A model generated the notes under the pieces. It saw only the letters and a program-made list of their open reading frames with translations, was not told the DNA's origin and did not search any database. A DNA stretch of 64,000 nucleotides. It comes from an uncultured Chloroflexia bacterium. GTDB lineage: Bacteria > Chloroflexota > Limnocylindria > Limnocylindrales > CSP1-4. The DNA is taken from contig CAVQJC010000005.1 of the NCBI GenBank assembly GCA_963712745.1, forward strand, positions 1 through 64,000, given 5' to 3'. Of this stretch, positions 60,748 through 64,000 are shown piece by piece (position 1 is the first letter of the stretch; each line of letters opens with the position of its first letter). A program made the position numbers and the translations under genes.

Positions 60748-61857
60748 CTACCTGCCCGGCCCGATCTCCACGGTCGTCTTGATGTGGTCCCCGGCACCGG
60801 CGAGATGCCGGGCGATGGCGTCCACGTCGAAGCCCTCGATGCGGTCGGTGATGAGCTCGGCCAGCCAGCCCCGGCTGTCTCCACGGGTCTCCGCCTGCCC
60901 GATGGTGGCGACCGCTTGCGCGTAGTCATCCCAGGAGGCAGCCGCGCTGCCCACGATGACCCGGTTGTAGAGCACTAGCGCCTGGTTGAGACGCGCCATG
61001 TCCACGGTCAGCGGCCGACTGCCGGGGGTGACGCTGAAAAGCGCCAGCACACCGTTGGGTGCGAGGGCAGCCACGGCGGACTCGATGAGCGCAGGGGCGC
61101 CCGAGCCCTCGAAGACGATGTCGAAGGGGCCGTCTCGCTCGACCAGGGCAGGCAGGTCGCCGTCGGCAGCGCTGGCATAGTGAGCGCCGACGCGCTCGAT
61201 GAGCGTCGAGTTGCGATACGGCGCGGGTCGGCGCGCGTAGGTCGTGACCTCCAGGCCCCGCAGGCGCAGCGCCAGCGTGGCCAACAGCCCGATGGTGGAG
61301 GCGCCGGTGACCAGCGCCCGTCTCGGCTCCCACAGCTCGAGGCGGCCCTGCACCTGGTCGGCCTGACGCAGAGACTTGGTGATACAGCTCAGCGGCTCGG
61401 TGAGGATGGCCACGTCCTCGAGCTCGTCGGGCACCGGCACCAGGTAGCGCGCGTCGGCCACGACCTCCTCGGCCATGAAGCCGTGGGCCCGGCTGATGCC
61501 GGTCTCGATGAAGACGGGGTCGGTCGAGAGGTCGGGTCGGTCGATGCGGTCGTGGGCACTGCCCCCGGGACGGCGGATGGTGACGACCACCGACTGGCCG
61601 ACGAAAGCGTCATCGACGGTGGGCCCCACCTCCTCCACCCGGCCCAGTGATTCGTGGCCCAGGACGAGGTAGTCGTCGCCCTCGGGAGCGACGCCGTATG
61701 CCCCCGCCGCGAGGTCGGCGTCGGTGCCGCAGAGCCCGGCGCGGATGATACGGACGCGCGCGCCTCGTCCGCCTGGAACCTGGCCCAGGGTCGGTCGGGG
61801 CACGTCGCGCAGATGCACCGAATCGGGCGTGCCGGGCCGGATGGCGATGGCCTTCAT
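60748..61857 (-). CDS. Zn-dependent glucose 1-dehydrogenase (archaeal/MDR type)
   Basis: GLCGTD, LGHESLG, IRRPG, HGFMAE, LTEPLS. Confidence 0.88.
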   Translation of the reverse strand: MKAIAIRPGTPDSVHLRDVPRPTLGQVPGGRGARVRIIRAGLCGTDADLAAGAYGVAPEGDDYLVLGHESLGRVEEVGPTVDDAFVGQSVVVTIRRPGGSAHDRIDRPDLSTDPVFIETGISRAHGFMAEEVVADARYLVPVPDELEDVAILTEPLSCITKSLRQADQVQGRLELWEPRRALVTGASTIGLLATLALRLRGLEVTTYARRPAPYRNSTLIERVGAHYASAADGDLPALVERDGPFDIVFEGSGAPALIESAVAALAPNGVLALFSVTPGSRPLTVDMARLNQALVLYNRVIVGSAAASWDDYAQAVATIGQAETRGDSRGWLAELITDRIEGFDVDAIARHLAGAGDHIKTTVEIGPGR

Positions 61858-61946
61858 GGCCCCAGCCTAGCCAGTCAGAGGACGCGGCGGGCCGGTCACC
61901 GCATCGACCTCGCCCGGTCAAGCCACGGGTCGGCTGGTCCTCGCGA

Positions 61947-61987
61947 ATCGAACACGGGCGGTGGACCACCCACCGCCCGTGTTCGAT
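61947..61987 (-). terminator. 18-bp stem hairpin downstream of glnA
   Basis: ATCGAACACGGGCGGTGG-ACCAC-CCACCGCCCGTGTTCGAT. Confidence 0.75.
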
Positions 61988-62048
61988 AGCTCCCAGGGCG
62001 CCTCACAGCCCCGGGAGTGCGACTCCCAGAAGGATGCGCGTCAGTTCG

Positions 62049-63431
62049 CTAGTAAGCCTCGAGGTATCGGTCCAGCTCCCACTCGGTGATCTGCTGGTTG
62101 TAGGCGTCCCACTCCTCTTGCTTGGCCTCGACGTAGTGGCTGAAGACGTGATCGCCGAGGGCCTCCGCGATGACCTCGTCCTGCTTCAGGGCCTCGATGG
62201 CCTCGCCGAGCGATCCGGGCATCTCGGTGATGCCCTTCTCAAGGACGCGCTCCGGGGTCATCTCGAAGAGGGATTCCTCCACCGGGTCGGCCAGCTTCAT
62301 GCCCTTCTCGATGCCGTCCAGGCCGGCCGCCAGCATGGCTGCGAAGGCGAGGTAGGTGTTGGCCGTGGGGTCGGGGCAGCGGACCTCGACGCGGGTGGCT
62401 TCCACCGAGCGGCCCGGTGAGACCTTGGGCACGCGGATGAGCGCGGACCGGTTGGTGCGACCCCAGGTCAGGTAGGTCGGCGCCTCGTAGCCGGGCACCA
62501 GGCGCTTGTAGCTGTTTACGATCGGGGCCAGCAGCGCGCTCATGCCACGGGCGTGCGCGAGGACGCCGGCCATGTAGGCCTGCGCCAGCTTGGACAGGCC
62601 GTACTTGCTGCGTGGCTCGGCGAAGGCGTTCTTCTGATCTTCGATGGAGAACAGGCTCTGGTGCGTGTGCATGCCGGAGCCGTTGATGCCCTCGATGGGC
62701 TTGGGCATGAACGTGGCATACAGGCCGTGCAGGTTGGCGATGGCCTTGAGCGTGAACTTGAAGGTGATGGCGTTGTCAGCGGTGGTCAGGCCATCGCTGT
62801 ACTGGAAGTCGATCTCGTGCTGGCCGTAGGCGACCTCGTGGTGCGCAGCCTCGACGCGGATGCCGAACGCCTCCAGCGCGTTGACCATGTCGCGCCGGAC
62901 GGACTGGGCCAGGTCGGTCGAGAAGTCGAAGTAGCCACCCTGGTCGTGGGGCAGCGGGGCGATGTTGCCGTCCGCATCCTTGCGGAAGAGGAAGAACTCC
63001 AGCTCGGGGCCGGCGTTCCAGATGTAGCCCATGTCCTCGGCGCGCTGGAGCTGCTTCTTGAGCACGCCGCGGGGGTCGCCCACGAAGGGCTGACCGTCAG
63101 GTGTCATGACATCGCAGATGACGCGGGCCGTGCCGCGAGAGCCGAGCGGGCCCGCAGACAGGTCACCACCCTGCCAGGGAATCTCGGCGAACGTGTTCAT
63201 GTCCGGAGCCAGCCACTGGTCCGACTCTGCGATACGGGTGAAGCCCTCGATCGACGAACCGTCGAACCAGGTGCCGTGCTCGAGCGACTCCTCGAGGCGG
63301 TAGAGCGGGATGGTGATGCCCTTGACGATGCCGAGCAGGTCCGTGAACTGCAGCTCCACGAACCGGATGTCCCGGTCCTTGGCAGCCTGGATCTTGTCGA
63401 GCGGATCGTTCGACGCTACTTCGATGACCAA
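62049..63431 (-). CDS. glnA: Glutamine synthetase type I
   Basis: FDGSSIEGF, GPELEFF, HHEVA.GQHE, FMPKP..GINGSGMH, NSYKRLVPGYEAP, NRSALIR, VEVRCPD; TTG start after GAGGAG. Confidence 0.97.
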   Translation of the reverse strand: MVIEVASNDPLDKIQAAKDRDIRFVELQFTDLLGIVKGITIPLYRLEESLEHGTWFDGSSIEGFTRIAESDQWLAPDMNTFAEIPWQGGDLSAGPLGSRGTARVICDVMTPDGQPFVGDPRGVLKKQLQRAEDMGYIWNAGPELEFFLFRKDADGNIAPLPHDQGGYFDFSTDLAQSVRRDMVNALEAFGIRVEAAHHEVAYGQHEIDFQYSDGLTTADNAITFKFTLKAIANLHGLYATFMPKPIEGINGSGMHTHQSLFSIEDQKNAFAEPRSKYGLSKLAQAYMAGVLAHARGMSALLAPIVNSYKRLVPGYEAPTYLTWGRTNRSALIRVPKVSPGRSVEATRVEVRCPDPTANTYLAFAAMLAAGLDGIEKGMKLADPVEESLFEMTPERVLEKGITEMPGSLGEAIEALKQDEVIAEALGDHVFSHYVEAKQEEWDAYNQQITEWELDRYLEAY

Positions 63432-63604
63432 CGGTCTCTCCTCTTCTGCCGTGCGCTGGGCCCAGGAACCACGTACGGGCACACAGTGAGGCGGCACGGC
63501 CGATTCCGAGGGTAGACCGCGGCCTGCCGAGATAGGTTGCCCCCCGGTTACGCATGGGAGCCGGTCCTCGGACGTTTCCCGGATGGGGGTCCCGAAACGC
63601 ACGA

Positions 63605-63650
63605 GAGGGGTGCCGATCGGGCCTGCAAGAGGACCCGAGCGGCACCCCTC
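63605..63650. terminator. Hairpin after the beta-helix gene
   Basis: GAGGGGTGCCG ... CGGCACCCCTC arms. Confidence 0.55.
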
Positions 63651-63670
63651 GGTGTCTCAGGGATCAGGGC

Positions 63671-64000
63671 CTATTCGGCCGGCTCGATCCCATCGGGGCA
63701 GATCTGGTTCTCGCCGACCACGGGATCGGCCCCCTCCACGACGAAGAGGTTGGACCTCCCGGAGCCGCAGACCGTGTTGCCCTCCAGTGTCGGCCGTGCT
63801 GGGACATCGATCACCATGCCCCATGAGCTGGCACCCTCGACGGTGTTGTCGACGACGGACGGGTCCCCAGCGACGATCTCGATGCCGATCCCCCCTTCAC
63901 GTACGGCGTTCCCGTCGATGGCGCCGGTCTCCGTGCTGCTCCACTGGATGGCCACATCGTTGCCGATGAGGTCGTTGCCCTCGACCGTCGCCACTGCTCC
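63671..64000 (-). CDS. Right-handed beta-helix (NosD/PbH1) protein, C-terminal part
   Basis: Repeating VEGN.L.GN..AI / IDGN.V..GGIGI / LEGNTV units; truncated by the window edge. Confidence 0.75.
   Translation of the reverse strand, partial: GAVATVEGNDLIGNDVAIQWSSTETGAIDGNAVREGGIGIEIVAGDPSVVDNTVEGASSWGMVIDVPARPTLEGNTVCGSGRSNLFVVEGADPVVGENQICPDGIEPAE

Overview
High-GC (roughly 70%) bacterial DNA with many single-base frameshifts, probably a long-read or MAG assembly. The gene style suggests Chloroflexota or Actinomycetota (inference). (1) About 1-9 kb is the right end of a prophage-like integrative element inserted at the 3' end of tRNA-Pro(CGG). It carries a large serine recombinase that reads into the tRNA, an XRE repressor, a tail-fibre remnant, P450/ferredoxin/NHL cargo and an uncharacterised ~525-aa protein with a coiled coil and a RelE-like tail (candidate anti-phage effector). 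(2) About 10-28.6 kb is a DeoR-centred amino-sugar locus with three PLP aminotransferases, GH4, ROK, a G1PDH-like enzyme, an ABC importer and an SDR. An M20/FrlB/PfkB cassette is inserted into it between duplicated SDR 3' ends. (3) About 28.7-34.1 kb holds housekeeping genes: PRTase, VOC, FabL-like SDR and ppc. (4) About 34.9-61.9 kb is a large sugar-catabolism region: an isomerase-less PHP/aldolase-SrlD/SorE-like/RhaB/UroD operon, a rhamnose-type ABC transporter, an oxidative mutarotase/AKR/lactonase/dehydratase module with an orphan TPP E1, an epimerase, MFS and glucose dehydrogenase. (5) glnA and a beta-helix gene fragment end the window. Several intergenic palindromic and tandem repeat families occur. 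No CRISPR array was found.
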